Positions 1-9,684 of a stretch of DNA of 64,000 nt are shown one piece after another. The position numbers were made by a program, and so were the translations under genes. Numbering within the stretch: the stretch's first letter is position 1; every line of letters starts with the position of its first letter. A model generated the notes under the pieces. It saw only the letters and a program-made list of their open reading frames with translations, was not told where the DNA came from and ran no database searches. The DNA comes from an uncultured Prevotella sp. GTDB taxonomy: Bacteria > Bacteroidota > Bacteroidia > Bacteroidales > Bacteroidaceae. The DNA is taken from the NCBI GenBank assembly GCA_946186115.1, contig CAMHLV010000006.1:13950-77949 (forward strand). Direction: 5' to 3'.

Positions 1-687
1 GTGACGCTCGTCATTCATCATGGTGTTGTCCACATTGTTAAGACTGTCCATGCGATGTGTCATGTCTGAAAGCCAGTCTAATGAGACGTCAGCGGTAATA
101 ATGGCGTAGAGGTTGCCCATGCTGTCGTACAGCGGCAATGAATAGGTGGTCATGGGCTTTTCACCGCCTCCCGTGTCAAAATACGGCTCGCTCCAATAGG
201 GAGTTCCGAGCAGTTTGGGAATCTGGTACCAGTCCATGTAGTGGTATTCGTAATCTTTATTGCCCAGTTGCTTTGAGACGATGGTCACTGAGTCCTCGCG
301 GTAGGAGTAGGGTGAATACCAGATACCCTTCTCTTTGTAGTAGTTGGGTTCGAAGGCAATGGCCGAACCTGTGATATTGGGATTGAGTTTCAGTATGCGT
401 TCAGTGATGGCATACAGGTCATCGGGGTGCTGGAGGTTTTTCTCCACCTCGGGAACATTGTTGATGATGGCTGTCTCAACCGACGTAAATACGTTGGTGA
501 TGCGCTCGTTCGATGTCTTCAGCGCACCTTCGTAATAGAGTACGCCCATGTAAATTCCCACAAACCAGACCACGGCGGCAATCACCGCCGAGATAACTGC
601 AAAGACCAAGAGGATGGTGACTGTCACGCGCAGTGTCAGTCGTCCTGCTATGGAGTGCTTTGGTCTGAATATGCTGGGTAACTTCAT
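1..687 (-). CDS. Partial membrane-anchored Cache-domain sensor protein (5' part only; output domain lies outside the window, possibly a SpoIIE/PP2C phosphatase or kinase)
   Basis: Not in the ORF track. Manual translation from ATG 687 (ATGA overlap with the upstream stop) gives MKLPSIFRPKHSIAGRLTL, a TM helix, then GSAIAFEP..YSPYSY..YHYMDWYQIPK..PYWSEPYFDTGGG..MTTYSLPL, typical of dCache domains. The frame is open to the window edge. Confidence 0.8.
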   Translation of the reverse strand, partial: MKLPSIFRPKHSIAGRLTLRVTVTILLVFAVISAVIAAVVWFVGIYMGVLYYEGALKTSNERITNVFTSVETAIINNVPEVEKNLQHPDDLYAITERILKLNPNITGSAIAFEPNYYKEKGIWYSPYSYREDSVTIVSKQLGNKDYEYHYMDWYQIPKLLGTPYWSEPYFDTGGGEKPMTTYSLPLYDSMGNLYAIITADVSLDWLSDMTHRMDSLNNVDNTMMNDERH

Positions 688-1628
688 GGTTCTGTGATTT
701 GTGAATAGGTGATGGCGTGATGCAGATAGTCATTACTCAGCATCAGGCGGTTAGCCAGCGCCAGTGCGTCAGGATCGAGGCGGAAGGTTATCTTGCCGGT
801 CTTCTTGTCCTTGGTCAGTTCCAGGATTTGCTTCAGCATCCAGTCCTGGGCAATCCTGTTGGTGTTGACACCGTATTTCCTACAGGCTTCCATGACGATG
901 TCGAGCGCCTCTTGGGGGTGTTTGGCAGCCCACTCCCAGCCCTGCTTGGAGGCTTTGACAAACTTGTCGACCTCCGTCTTGTGGGCCTTGTAATAGTCCG
1001 CGGTGACGTACACGCCGTCCTCAGGAATGTTGTAGCCGATGTCTTTCAGGTAGATGAGCTGACTGTCCTGGAAACGCTGTCCTGCCATTTTCAGCTGGAA
1101 GAACTCGTTGTAACTCTGGGCTGTCGTGGCATCGATGGCTTTCGAGATGTAGAGGTTGACATGCGAGACGAAGGGAACCCACTCGATGTTGAGATGCTCA
1201 TGTCGGTTCATGATGTTGGGCAGTTCTACGAAACCTGCCTTCCAGCATCCCACACGCTTGCCCTTCAGGTCCTTGATGCTCTTCAGCGGCTTGTGGGACA
1301 CAATCATCTGTGAGTTGTTCTGCAGCACCTGCATCACGTTGATGATGGGCGTTCCCTCGTTGATGGTCTTCATGGCAGTCATCAGATGCAGGGTGATGAG
1401 CTGGCTTGTACCCTCCTTGAGCTGGTTGATGCAGGGATTGGAGGGCGACGGGTGCTGGATGCGGACATTCACACCGGCATCACGGTAGAAGCCCTTGGCT
1501 TCTGCCACGTAGAATCCTACAAACTGAGCCTGTGCCGTCCATTGTGGGGTAAACACAATTTGCTGTTGAGCTGATGCGCTGCCAACCAGGCAGCACATCA
1601 GCACAGCAAGAATCGTTATTCCTTTCAT
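684..1628 (-). CDS. NMT1/THI5-like substrate-binding protein
   Basis: Signal peptide; QWTAQAQFVGFYVAEAKGFY, DLKGKRVG and GWEWAAKHPQEA motifs. Confidence 0.8.
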   Translation of the reverse strand: MKGITILAVLMCCLVGSASAQQQIVFTPQWTAQAQFVGFYVAEAKGFYRDAGVNVRIQHPSPSNPCINQLKEGTSQLITLHLMTAMKTINEGTPIINVMQVLQNNSQMIVSHKPLKSIKDLKGKRVGCWKAGFVELPNIMNRHEHLNIEWVPFVSHVNLYISKAIDATTAQSYNEFFQLKMAGQRFQDSQLIYLKDIGYNIPEDGVYVTADYYKAHKTEVDKFVKASKQGWEWAAKHPQEALDIVMEACRKYGVNTNRIAQDWMLKQILELTKDKKTGKITFRLDPDALALANRLMLSNDYLHHAITYSQITEP

Positions 1629-1661
1629 ACGAACGGTATTAACATTAGGTTCTATACCGCC

Positions 1662-2468
1662 TTATTTGATAAGGGCGGTACGGGCAGCAGCTATCTTATC
1701 TTTAGCCTCGGCCAACTGGGTCTTGAGCTCAGCAACCGTAGTGGCGTTCAGAACGTCTAGAGGTGCGATGGCTTCAGCCACTGGCTTGATTTCGGGATCA
1801 TACTCAGCCAGGCGGTTGATGGCATCCAGAATAAGCACAACACGGAATGTAACGTTAGCAGCAGCTTCGTCGTCGAAGACACTGAGGAACTTATCGGTAT
1901 TCTGATTAGCAACGTAGAGCTCCTCTACCAGTGAAGCGGCAGCCAGCTGCCAGAAGTAATTGATGCGGCCATTCTTTTCCATCTCATCATACAGGGTTGT
2001 TGTGGTTTCATAGATGGTAGCAGCATCCTCAATCTCCTTGAATGAGGGGTCGTTGACGTCAGCAGCAAGTTTGGCAATAGCCTTGTCATAGTCCTCTACA
2101 GGCATTTCATAGAGCTCGGCAATCTTCTTATCAACGGTCAGTGCACTTAGCATGCGGTATTTCTCTGCCAGAGTGGTGGCCTCTTCTGCTGCAGCGGCAG
2201 CAAGCAGATAGTCAGGCTTAACCTGTTTCTCCTCCTTGCTTAGCTCAATACCACCATCAGCATTATTCTTGATAAATGCAGGCTGTTGGAGTTTACCGAT
2301 TTCTGAGGCGATGCTGTCAAAATGCATTTTGATGCTAGCTTCAATCTGTTGCTGTTCAAAACTCTTCAGACTGTCGGCATCTTCCGTTGTCTGAGCATTC
2401 TTCTTGCCTCCGCAAGCTGCAAAGGTGATTGCTACTAAAGCGATCGCTAAATAAGATAGTTTCTTCAT
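1662..2468 (-). CDS. Hypothetical all-helical lipoprotein
   Basis: Lipobox FAAC after a basic/hydrophobic N-terminus; 268 aa ORF within the operon. Confidence 0.75.
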   Translation of the reverse strand: MKKLSYLAIALVAITFAACGGKKNAQTTEDADSLKSFEQQQIEASIKMHFDSIASEIGKLQQPAFIKNNADGGIELSKEEKQVKPDYLLAAAAAEEATTLAEKYRMLSALTVDKKIAELYEMPVEDYDKAIAKLAADVNDPSFKEIEDAATIYETTTTLYDEMEKNGRINYFWQLAAASLVEELYVANQNTDKFLSVFDDEAAANVTFRVVLILDAINRLAEYDPEIKPVAEAIAPLDVLNATTVAELKTQLAEAKDKIAAARTALIK

Positions 2469-2536
2469 TTTGTTTAAAAATTTAAGTTATTAATTAATAA
2501 TGTTATTTTCGTTGTTATCAGTTCTCAAATATCAAA

Positions 2537-5425
2537 TTACTTCCTGACGTACTTTCCTGGGCAATCTGTCAGCAGCAGGAGTGTCACAATTATGCTCATC
2601 AGGAGCATTATAGTAATATTGAACCAAAGAGTCTTTATGTGCCATGATCCAATTATCTTCTCACTGCTGTAGAAAGGTGCGCGCCCGATACGGCTTTGTG
2701 GGGTAAGGAAAATGATGCCTGTGCGTGGTACGATGCTGTTATCAATGACGTCGAGCATCCTCTGTTGATCTGCACCAATTACACAGTCTTCTAATTTGAG
2801 GTTGTAGTTGGAGCGTTTAAGGTCAAGCAAGGCATCCTTTCCGTTCTTTCGGATGAATGCTGCCGTTTGGGCATCAGCCTTAAGAGTTACAGTGTTGCAG
2901 CGTTTTACCAGAATGTTCTCTGCCTCTTTCAGGTATTTGTAAAGTGAGTTGTAAGAGAAATCACCCTGATATTTCTCCATGTTGCAGAATTCCGTCAGTA
3001 CTGGGAGGTTAGTCTTGATGATTTCCATATGTGATGCTTTCACTTCCTTGCCTTGCTGCTGCTCGAATTTCATTGTTTCCAGTTGTGACTGCAGTTCGTC
3101 AAGGAACCCTATGTTATAGAATTGATTCTCATACTTCTGCTTGTCGAGTTCAAATATCGGGGCCTCGTAGGAATTGTCTGAGAAAGAAGTTACGGCAAGT
3201 GCTTCATATGCCCATCGAGACGGTATAAAGTCGCCTATAAGTGGAACGTTGCCTGTAGTGCTCTTAGGAGTAAGGTCGGAGAAACTTACCACTAATCCGC
3301 ATAATAATATTTGTGGTATTAGAAGCATCGGTATGCTGATGTAGATTGCAACAACGGAACTCAAACATTGTGACAGTAACAGTCCTGTCAGGTTTGCGAG
3401 TAGTGAAGTAACAAATAAAATCAGCCACCATACGCCGAAAAGGCCATTTAAGCCCATTATGGTATTGCCTATCATGATGAAGAGGAAAGTCTGTATTAAT
3501 GATACGCCTGCCATATAGATTATTTTCGACCAGATGTAGCTACCGTACGATAGGTTCAAGAAACTCTCGCGTTTCAATAAAGCACGGTCCTTGATAATTT
3601 CCTCGGCACTTCCACTCATTCCTGAGAAAGTAGCCACGATAATTGCCATGAAGAAATAGCTTACCAAATTCTTATTGTCCATTACAGTATATCCTTCTGG
3701 TGGAGCATAGCGGGTAAGCAAGGCACATACGGTAGCAAGTATAGGTGCCTGTAGAAGGGTAATACACAGGTATTGGACATTGGTGATTTTGGATTTTATT
3801 GTACGGCGCAGGAATATAGCAAACTGTTTCAACGCCCCAGGTTTCTTTTGGTCTGAGTGAGGTATTGTGCTAACAGCAGGCTCTGGCATCTCAGGTCTGT
3901 TCTCCAAATATAGTTCATGCCAGTCTTGGGGAGTCATCTTGCGTTCATCAGAAGGTTCACCTGTATTGGTGAGAGCTTTCTCGTCGATGATGTTTAGCAC
4001 GATTTCCGGGTTGACGTTACCACATGTAGGACACGCACTGGTTTCTGCATCAGCATAATGCGCAGCTTCTTTAAAGTAAGTGATGGCATCGATGGGGTTA
4101 CCGTCGAATACAGGATAACCTCCTCTGTCTAGGAGCCAAAGTCGGTCGAACAGTTTATAAACATCGCTAGAGGGCTGATGGATGTTGACAATAATCAACT
4201 TGCCCTTCTGTGTCTGCTCCTTGAGAAGCAGGATTACCTTCTCAGTGTCTGCCGATGATAGTCCTGACGTTGGTTCGTCAAGGAACAGCACTGCCGGCTC
4301 ACGAATTAGTTCGAGAGCTATGTTAAGGCGCTTGCGCTGTCCGCCAGAGATATATTTGTTGATAGCAGAGCCCACCTTAAGATCTTTTGCTGCATCAAGT
4401 CCTAGGTCTTTTAATGTTTGTAGAACGCGGTGGTCTATCTCTTCCTCCGACATTCCTTCAAAACATAACTTGGCTGTAAACCAAAGGTTTTGGTACACCG
4501 TAAGTTCTTCTATCAGCAGGTCATCCTGTGGAACAAACCCGATAAGATCCTTAGCCTGCGGCTCGGCAATATCGTGGCCGTTGATGGTGATTGTTCCTTC
4601 TTGGGGTTTCAGACTTCCGTTGAGTAGTGACAATAAGGTTGTTTTGCCTGTACCAGAACCACCCATGATTGCGAGCAACTCCCCGTTCTGCAGTGTAAAA
4701 CTCAGGTTGTGCATGCCGTTGTCGCTATTGGGAAACCTGAAGGTGATGTTGCGTCCGCAAAATTCTACCTTGTTGCTCTCGTTTTCACTTCCGTTATCAT
4801 TATATAGATTGACAATGGTAGAATAGTATAATGGTTTACCGCTGTTGCCCTTTAGGACACTGCTTTGTTGCCATACTTGATATGCACCTGGTAATACTGG
4901 GACATCGTTCAATAACACGGTGTCGTTGCCCATATAGGTAAATATGAGCAGACCAGTAGAGGGATCCATCAACGTTTTCAGCATTCCGTAGAAGCCCTGA
5001 GGCTGGTGCAACATGACTCGACCCGTCTGTCGACCATTGACAAAGTCGTTATACTGATTGTAATGTTCGTCGGAAATAGAGAATTCCTTGGCCATGGTTC
5101 GGAACATGGCATCGTCTTTTTTCTCATGACCACCGCAGAATTCCATTAGTCGAAGCAGAAGAAGAGATTTTTCTGCAGGTCGAATGTCGCCTTGTAGGCT
5201 TCCACAAATGGCAGAAACCGTTTCTTGTGTATTAAGGCACTCTGTCATCTCATATGCACCGCGCATGTCGCTATACAAGTCAAGATAGAGATCAATGTTG
5301 CGTATGCCGAAATGATGACGCAAATAACTGACGAGCATATCCTTAGCTCGTGCCTCGTCAACTTGTTCCTCCTTACCAAAGAGGGCAAATAGACTGATAA
5401 AACTTGATAATATGACGTCAGTCAT
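2537..5425 (-). CDS. ABCG/White-like ABC transporter (NBD followed by ABC-2 permease) with TerB-like N-terminal extension
   Basis: Walker A GGSGTGKT, signature ISGGQRKR, Walker B LFLDEPTSGL, IHQPS switch, then a multi-TM domain; CPTCG motif in the linker. Confidence 0.85.
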   Translation of the reverse strand: MTDVILSSFISLFALFGKEEQVDEARAKDMLVSYLRHHFGIRNIDLYLDLYSDMRGAYEMTECLNTQETVSAICGSLQGDIRPAEKSLLLLRLMEFCGGHEKKDDAMFRTMAKEFSISDEHYNQYNDFVNGRQTGRVMLHQPQGFYGMLKTLMDPSTGLLIFTYMGNDTVLLNDVPVLPGAYQVWQQSSVLKGNSGKPLYYSTIVNLYNDNGSENESNKVEFCGRNITFRFPNSDNGMHNLSFTLQNGELLAIMGGSGTGKTTLLSLLNGSLKPQEGTITINGHDIAEPQAKDLIGFVPQDDLLIEELTVYQNLWFTAKLCFEGMSEEEIDHRVLQTLKDLGLDAAKDLKVGSAINKYISGGQRKRLNIALELIREPAVLFLDEPTSGLSSADTEKVILLLKEQTQKGKLIIVNIHQPSSDVYKLFDRLWLLDRGGYPVFDGNPIDAITYFKEAAHYADAETSACPTCGNVNPEIVLNIIDEKALTNTGEPSDERKMTPQDWHELYLENRPEMPEPAVSTIPHSDQKKPGALKQFAIFLRRTIKSKITNVQYLCITLLQAPILATVCALLTRYAPPEGYTVMDNKNLVSYFFMAIIVATFSGMSGSAEEIIKDRALLKRESFLNLSYGSYIWSKIIYMAGVSLIQTFLFIMIGNTIMGLNGLFGVWWLILFVTSLLANLTGLLLSQCLSSVVAIYISIPMLLIPQILLCGLVVSFSDLTPKSTTGNVPLIGDFIPSRWAYEALAVTSFSDNSYEAPIFELDKQKYENQFYNIGFLDELQSQLETMKFEQQQGKEVKASHMEIIKTNLPVLTEFCNMEKYQGDFSYNSLYKYLKEAENILVKRCNTVTLKADAQTAAFIRKNGKDALLDLKRSNYNLKLEDCVIGADQQRMLDVIDNSIVPRTGIIFLTPQSRIGRAPFYSSEKIIGSWHIKTLWFNITIMLLMSIIVTLLLLTDCPGKYVRK

Positions 5426-5474
5426 GATGCTTCTGGTTAGTGTATCATACTATACATGAGACTATAATATGATG

Positions 5475-5482
5475 CAAAATTA
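5475..5482 (-). promoter_or_regulatory. Bacteroidota sigma-A -7 element (TAATTTTG) for the ABC cluster
   Basis: Matches TAnnTTTG followed by CA, 50 nt upstream of the start. Confidence 0.6.
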
Positions 5483-5538
5483 TAAAAATTCGGTGTATTG
5501 GCTTGTTTGTTTCGGTTAAAAAATATTAAAGTGACAAA

Positions 5539-6714
5539 CTATCTATTCAAATACAATCCGTTTACGTCGTGCAGGAACAAAGTTTCCGGGGCATTGTAGA
5601 AGCGGATGAAGTCTGATGATGAACGCTGGCCAGGGTAGGGGGCAAAGTAGTGGTTCTGCCTATTATGGGCGTTGCGCCACACTAGCACATAGCTGATAGG
5701 ATGGCGTTTTAGCACTGGAGCCAGTGTTGCTGTCCACCAGTTGTCTGTCTTTATGCATTCGAAACCTGTTTCTGTCAGAGCAGCAGCCTTTTGATGTTGT
5801 TTGGCGATGCGGCATACCATGGCCAGGTTTTTGTCGAGTTTGGCGGCATATTGCGATATCTGAGTTGTATCAGCCTCTGGAGCAAAACAGTAGCAGTCGA
5901 GTCCTAACAAGTCGATGATGTCGTCGCCAGGATAGCGTTCCATGTATTTGGCTTCATCTCCATCACCTTCAGTACCAGGTGAGTAGGCATAGAGGATATT
6001 AACGACTCCTTTCTCTTTTAGTCTTCCTGCAGTCAACTTCCACAGGGTCTTGTATTGTTCGGCAGTGCAATGCTCTTGCCCCCACCAGAACCACGAACCC
6101 GTATGTTCATGCCACGGACGGAATAAAATTGGTACTTTGACACCATAGGAGGTTTCAAGTGAGTTTAGGAAGTCTGCCACACGGTCAAGCCAAGAAATGA
6201 ATAACTCGTGTTTTGCTCCTCCGTCTAAAATGGAGGATACAGTCTGTGTTTCTATGTCCTTTAGCGAGTCTGCTACCCATGAAGTGCCTCCGCTGAGCGG
6301 ATTGTCAAGATGCCAGGATAGTGTCACCATACCACCTTTGTCGTAGTGGGCTAATATTTCCTGACGTATACGCTTGAATGGTACACCGTCGAGGTTGCGT
6401 TCGTTGCCAAGTTCGATGTGCCCTAAGTCAAAACTCAATAGGGCGGGGTAGTCGTCGCAAACGCTTTTTACGTCAGAGCGCTCGTGTATGGTTGAGTCGT
6501 TGGCATAGTCAGCTTCCCATCCGATGCCATATACAGTATCGTCGTGATGGCCAAACATGTATGTAGTACTGTCGCCAATGGCTTTCAGATTTATAAGAAG
6601 ATTTTCTGCGCGTTGTGTTCGTCCACTCTCAGCGAGAGGGTCGTCTGCTTTGTGTTTTTTGCCGCATGCAGTCAGTGTGAGTGCTGCCAGGGCTATAGCC
6701 GCATATTTTTTCAT
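5539..6714 (-). CDS. GH26 beta-mannanase lipoprotein
   Basis: FGHHDD, LSWH, RPWHEHTGSWFWWG (acid/base E), YPGDD, LTETG (nucleophile), LVWRNA; lipobox LTAC. Confidence 0.9.
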   Translation of the reverse strand: MKKYAAIALAALTLTACGKKHKADDPLAESGRTQRAENLLINLKAIGDSTTYMFGHHDDTVYGIGWEADYANDSTIHERSDVKSVCDDYPALLSFDLGHIELGNERNLDGVPFKRIRQEILAHYDKGGMVTLSWHLDNPLSGGTSWVADSLKDIETQTVSSILDGGAKHELFISWLDRVADFLNSLETSYGVKVPILFRPWHEHTGSWFWWGQEHCTAEQYKTLWKLTAGRLKEKGVVNILYAYSPGTEGDGDEAKYMERYPGDDIIDLLGLDCYCFAPEADTTQISQYAAKLDKNLAMVCRIAKQHQKAAALTETGFECIKTDNWWTATLAPVLKRHPISYVLVWRNAHNRQNHYFAPYPGQRSSSDFIRFYNAPETLFLHDVNGLYLNR

Positions 6715-6725
6715 ATTGTATTGTG

Positions 6726-7871
6726 TTATTTAGTGTTTACGATGGAGTCTGCTACTTGTTCCATGCTCCACTTGAATGTGGCCTTACTGCGATCGGCTCC
6801 GTCAACGATGCCCATCCAGTAGAATGATGCAGCATTATATTTTTTGCATAGTCTGATGATGTCGGCAGCCTGTCGGCCTGCTTCACATTTCTGTTCGTCA
6901 GTAGATGTCTTGTTGATGGTTTTTTCTTCATTACCATTTGAGCCATATTCGCCTATGATTACGGGGTAACCCTTTGAAATAAAGTGCTTGTCGAGGTCTG
7001 TAAAGAGTCTGCTTACTTCTTCAGAACACTTGTTAGTCCATTTCATGTCGTATGTGTTTACCCAGTCCCATGGGTCGTAGCTGTGTACTTCGACAGCCAG
7101 GTGGTCTTGGTTGCCGCAAGGATCGTTTGGGACAACAAATAATCTAAGCGTGTTGGGTGTGTGTGAGCCGGAGTAGGTATTGACAATAAGGTTGCGCATA
7201 TAGTTGTTTCCGCCGGTAGCACGTACAGCATCGACGAAGTCTTGCGCAAACTTGTTGACGTATTGCAGGTTTGTAGTGTCCTTAGGCTCACTCCACTCGG
7301 CATTAGGATTGCTCCCAGTCAGCATCTCATTATACCCTTCGAAGAGCAATTCCTGTGGGTAGTTCTTGAAATGGTTGGCAATCTGTGTCCAAAGTTCTTT
7401 GAAACGCTCATGCTTAGTGGCAAAGCTGGTGCTGTCGGCTTTGATCCATGATTCCGCAGCAGCTCCAGTGTCGTGGTGAACGTTAATAATACAGTACATA
7501 TTATTGCCTAATACATAGTTCACTACCTCTTCTACACGGTTCATCCACAGGGAATCGACATTGCCGTCTGAATCCATGTGTTGCCACCAAGTGACTGGGA
7601 CGCGGATAGCAGTAAAGCCTTTTGCCTTCATCTGTTTCATTAGAAACCCTTCAGTGACAGGCTGTCCCCAGCAGGTTTCATACTGGTCTGATGGTGATCC
7701 TGGCTTGATGTCACTTCTGAATGCATCGAGAGAATTGCCTAAGTTCCAGCCAGCCGCCATCTTCTTGACAGCTTCTGTTGCCGTTTCAAACTTCGTAGTT
7801 GTGTTTACGCTTCTCTTGCCGCAGCCTGCTAGCAGTATTGCTGCAAAGGCCATAATAATAATCTTCTTCAT
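6726..7871 (-). CDS. GH5 endo-beta-glycanase lipoprotein (GH5_4-like)
   Basis: GWNLGNSLD, IRVPVTW, NVHHD, FEGYNE, VHSYDP, IGEYG; lipobox LAGC. Confidence 0.9.
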   Translation of the reverse strand: MKKIIIMAFAAILLAGCGKRSVNTTTKFETATEAVKKMAAGWNLGNSLDAFRSDIKPGSPSDQYETCWGQPVTEGFLMKQMKAKGFTAIRVPVTWWQHMDSDGNVDSLWMNRVEEVVNYVLGNNMYCIINVHHDTGAAAESWIKADSTSFATKHERFKELWTQIANHFKNYPQELLFEGYNEMLTGSNPNAEWSEPKDTTNLQYVNKFAQDFVDAVRATGGNNYMRNLIVNTYSGSHTPNTLRLFVVPNDPCGNQDHLAVEVHSYDPWDWVNTYDMKWTNKCSEEVSRLFTDLDKHFISKGYPVIIGEYGSNGNEEKTINKTSTDEQKCEAGRQAADIIRLCKKYNAASFYWMGIVDGADRSKATFKWSMEQVADSIVNTK

Positions 7872-7895
7872 TTAGATTTTTTAGTTTCTTGCCTA

Positions 7896-7903
7896 CAAAG
7901 GTA
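7896..7903 (-). promoter_or_regulatory. -7 promoter element (TACCTTTG) for GH5-GH26
   Basis: TAnnTTTG 25 nt upstream of the GH5 start and downstream of a terminator. Confidence 0.55.
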
Positions 7904-8004
7904 GTATTATTTGGGCGAAAAACCAAATCTATTTGACTATTTCTTAGGTATATCCTACTTCCGACAGTTTTGTTATTGTTGTATAAAACAATTCTTTATC
8001 AGAA

Positions 8005-8046
8005 ATAAAGAAAAGGGGGTATGTGTCACAATTGACGCATACCCCC
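8005..8046 (-). terminator. Rho-independent terminator of the SusC-GH5 operon
   Basis: Stem GGGGGTATGTGTCA/TGACGCATACCCCC (8015-8046) followed by a U-rich tract on the minus strand. Confidence 0.8.
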
Positions 8047-8073
8047 TCATTCTGATTATGTTATTATTGGGTG

Positions 8074-9639
8074 TTATAGTGCGGGTGACTTGTCCCAAAT
8101 GGTTTGGAAGTTGTATGAGCTTTCTGTGCTCGTGCATGCTTTTATCATGGTGGGGACCATAGTTTCGCTGTCATTCAGCCATTTCCCATCAGCATGGTCG
8201 ATGTAGCCATTGGCTTCATTTCCACTTGTCTTTGAGTTGTTGTCCCAAACAAACATTGGAATGCCGGCAAGGTTGGCTGCACGACAGAAGAACTCCAGGT
8301 AGTACTTACGGAAGGCGTTGGCCTTGTCAGTAGTCTGGAATACGCAACCATACTCACCCAGATAGCAGGGGATGCCCTTCTCAATATAGTTGGTGCGCAG
8401 CTTATAGAGCATGTTGATGACGTATTCCTCGTTGGCTCCGTCAACAGAGTAAATCGGGTCGGCATTGTGTCCCCAGCTGTTGACCAACAGCGTGTCTTCC
8501 TTTTCGTCAACGGGATGCAGGCAGAAGTTGTAGGGGTCATAGCAGTGTACGCCCACCATGATGTGGTTGGCAGGGTCGTTGGGCAGCTTCAGGTGCTCCA
8601 GCGTCAAGTCGATGTTGGCAGCATAGCCCGACACACCAATCCAGCGCGTGGCATTGTTGCCGCCAGTATTGCGGATGGCATTCACAGCCCACTGGTTCCA
8701 GTTGTTCAGCATGTCAAACTGTTCGTCAGAACCTGTGCCCCAGTCCTCAGCAGTGATTTTACCTTCCTCGTCGTAGGTGGCACCATGAACCTCGTTGAAA
8801 GTCTCGAACATCAGCTTGTCGCCATAGCTGGCAAAGCGTACAGCCACCTGCTGCCAGAGGTCGGCAATGAGCGTAGAGTCTTTCTTGGCCTGCTCGGCAC
8901 TCTTGGCTGACTGGGCAATACCCTTCTCGAAAGAGTCGTGGTGGGTATTCATGATGACGTTGAGCCCGGCACCGATAGCCATATCGACTACACCAGCTAC
9001 CTCGTCGAGGTAGGCGGCATCGATGATATGCGTCCCCTCAGCCATGTGGTTAGTCCATGTGACTGGCAGACGTACCGTCTTTGCTCCGGCGGAAGCGAGG
9101 TTCTGGAAGAGCTCTGCCCTGGGTGTGGCACCATCCCAGTAGCCCCACGTCATGTCTGAAGTGTCAAAGTGGTTACCCAGGTTCCAGCCCCAGCCAAGCT
9201 TTTGTGTCATGGCTGTTGCCTCGTTGGCAGGCAGGTCGTTGATGGTGAATGTCACGTTGATTTCCTGGTTGTAGGGGTCACCCTGTGGACCGAGAATGAG
9301 ACCGGCGGGAATCACCAGGTTCTGTGACTTGTCGAACGACACGTCGGCAGTGATGGTGAGATCCTTGCTGGCACCGAGCACCATGGCTTTCTTGACAGGT
9401 GTTCCGTTGAGCGTAATTTTGCTGGTGTTCTCGGTGGCGAAGCCTATGTTCTTGTCAAAGCTGACGGTAATGGTCTTCGTACCATAAATCAGTGCTTGAT
9501 CAGCAGCGGGAGTGATGGAAACGAACTCCGGAGCACCCACCGTGGGGATGTCGTACTGTGCGTCAGTGTCGTTGCAGGCTGTGGCAAGAAGTGCCACAGC
9601 TGCAACGGTCAGTGTATTAAATAGCTTATTCAGTTTCAT
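8074..9639 (-). CDS. Surface GH5 endoglycanase lipoprotein with N-terminal Ig-like domain
   Basis: Lipobox ATAC plus acidic NDTD; GWNLGNHFD, VRLPVTW, FETFNE, VHCYDP, LGEYG. Confidence 0.9.
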   Translation of the reverse strand: MKLNKLFNTLTVAAVALLATACNDTDAQYDIPTVGAPEFVSITPAADQALIYGTKTITVSFDKNIGFATENTSKITLNGTPVKKAMVLGASKDLTITADVSFDKSQNLVIPAGLILGPQGDPYNQEINVTFTINDLPANEATAMTQKLGWGWNLGNHFDTSDMTWGYWDGATPRAELFQNLASAGAKTVRLPVTWTNHMAEGTHIIDAAYLDEVAGVVDMAIGAGLNVIMNTHHDSFEKGIAQSAKSAEQAKKDSTLIADLWQQVAVRFASYGDKLMFETFNEVHGATYDEEGKITAEDWGTGSDEQFDMLNNWNQWAVNAIRNTGGNNATRWIGVSGYAANIDLTLEHLKLPNDPANHIMVGVHCYDPYNFCLHPVDEKEDTLLVNSWGHNADPIYSVDGANEEYVINMLYKLRTNYIEKGIPCYLGEYGCVFQTTDKANAFRKYYLEFFCRAANLAGIPMFVWDNNSKTSGNEANGYIDHADGKWLNDSETMVPTMIKACTSTESSYNFQTIWDKSPAL

Positions 9640-9648
9640 ATCTTCTGT

Positions 9649-9684
9649 GTTATCGTTTTCGTTAACGTTATTGTTCTCGTTACT
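9649..9684. repeat. Intergenic GTTWWC hexamer array (6 units)
   Basis: GTTATC GTTTTC GTTAAC GTTATT GTTCTC GTTACT. Confidence 0.85.
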
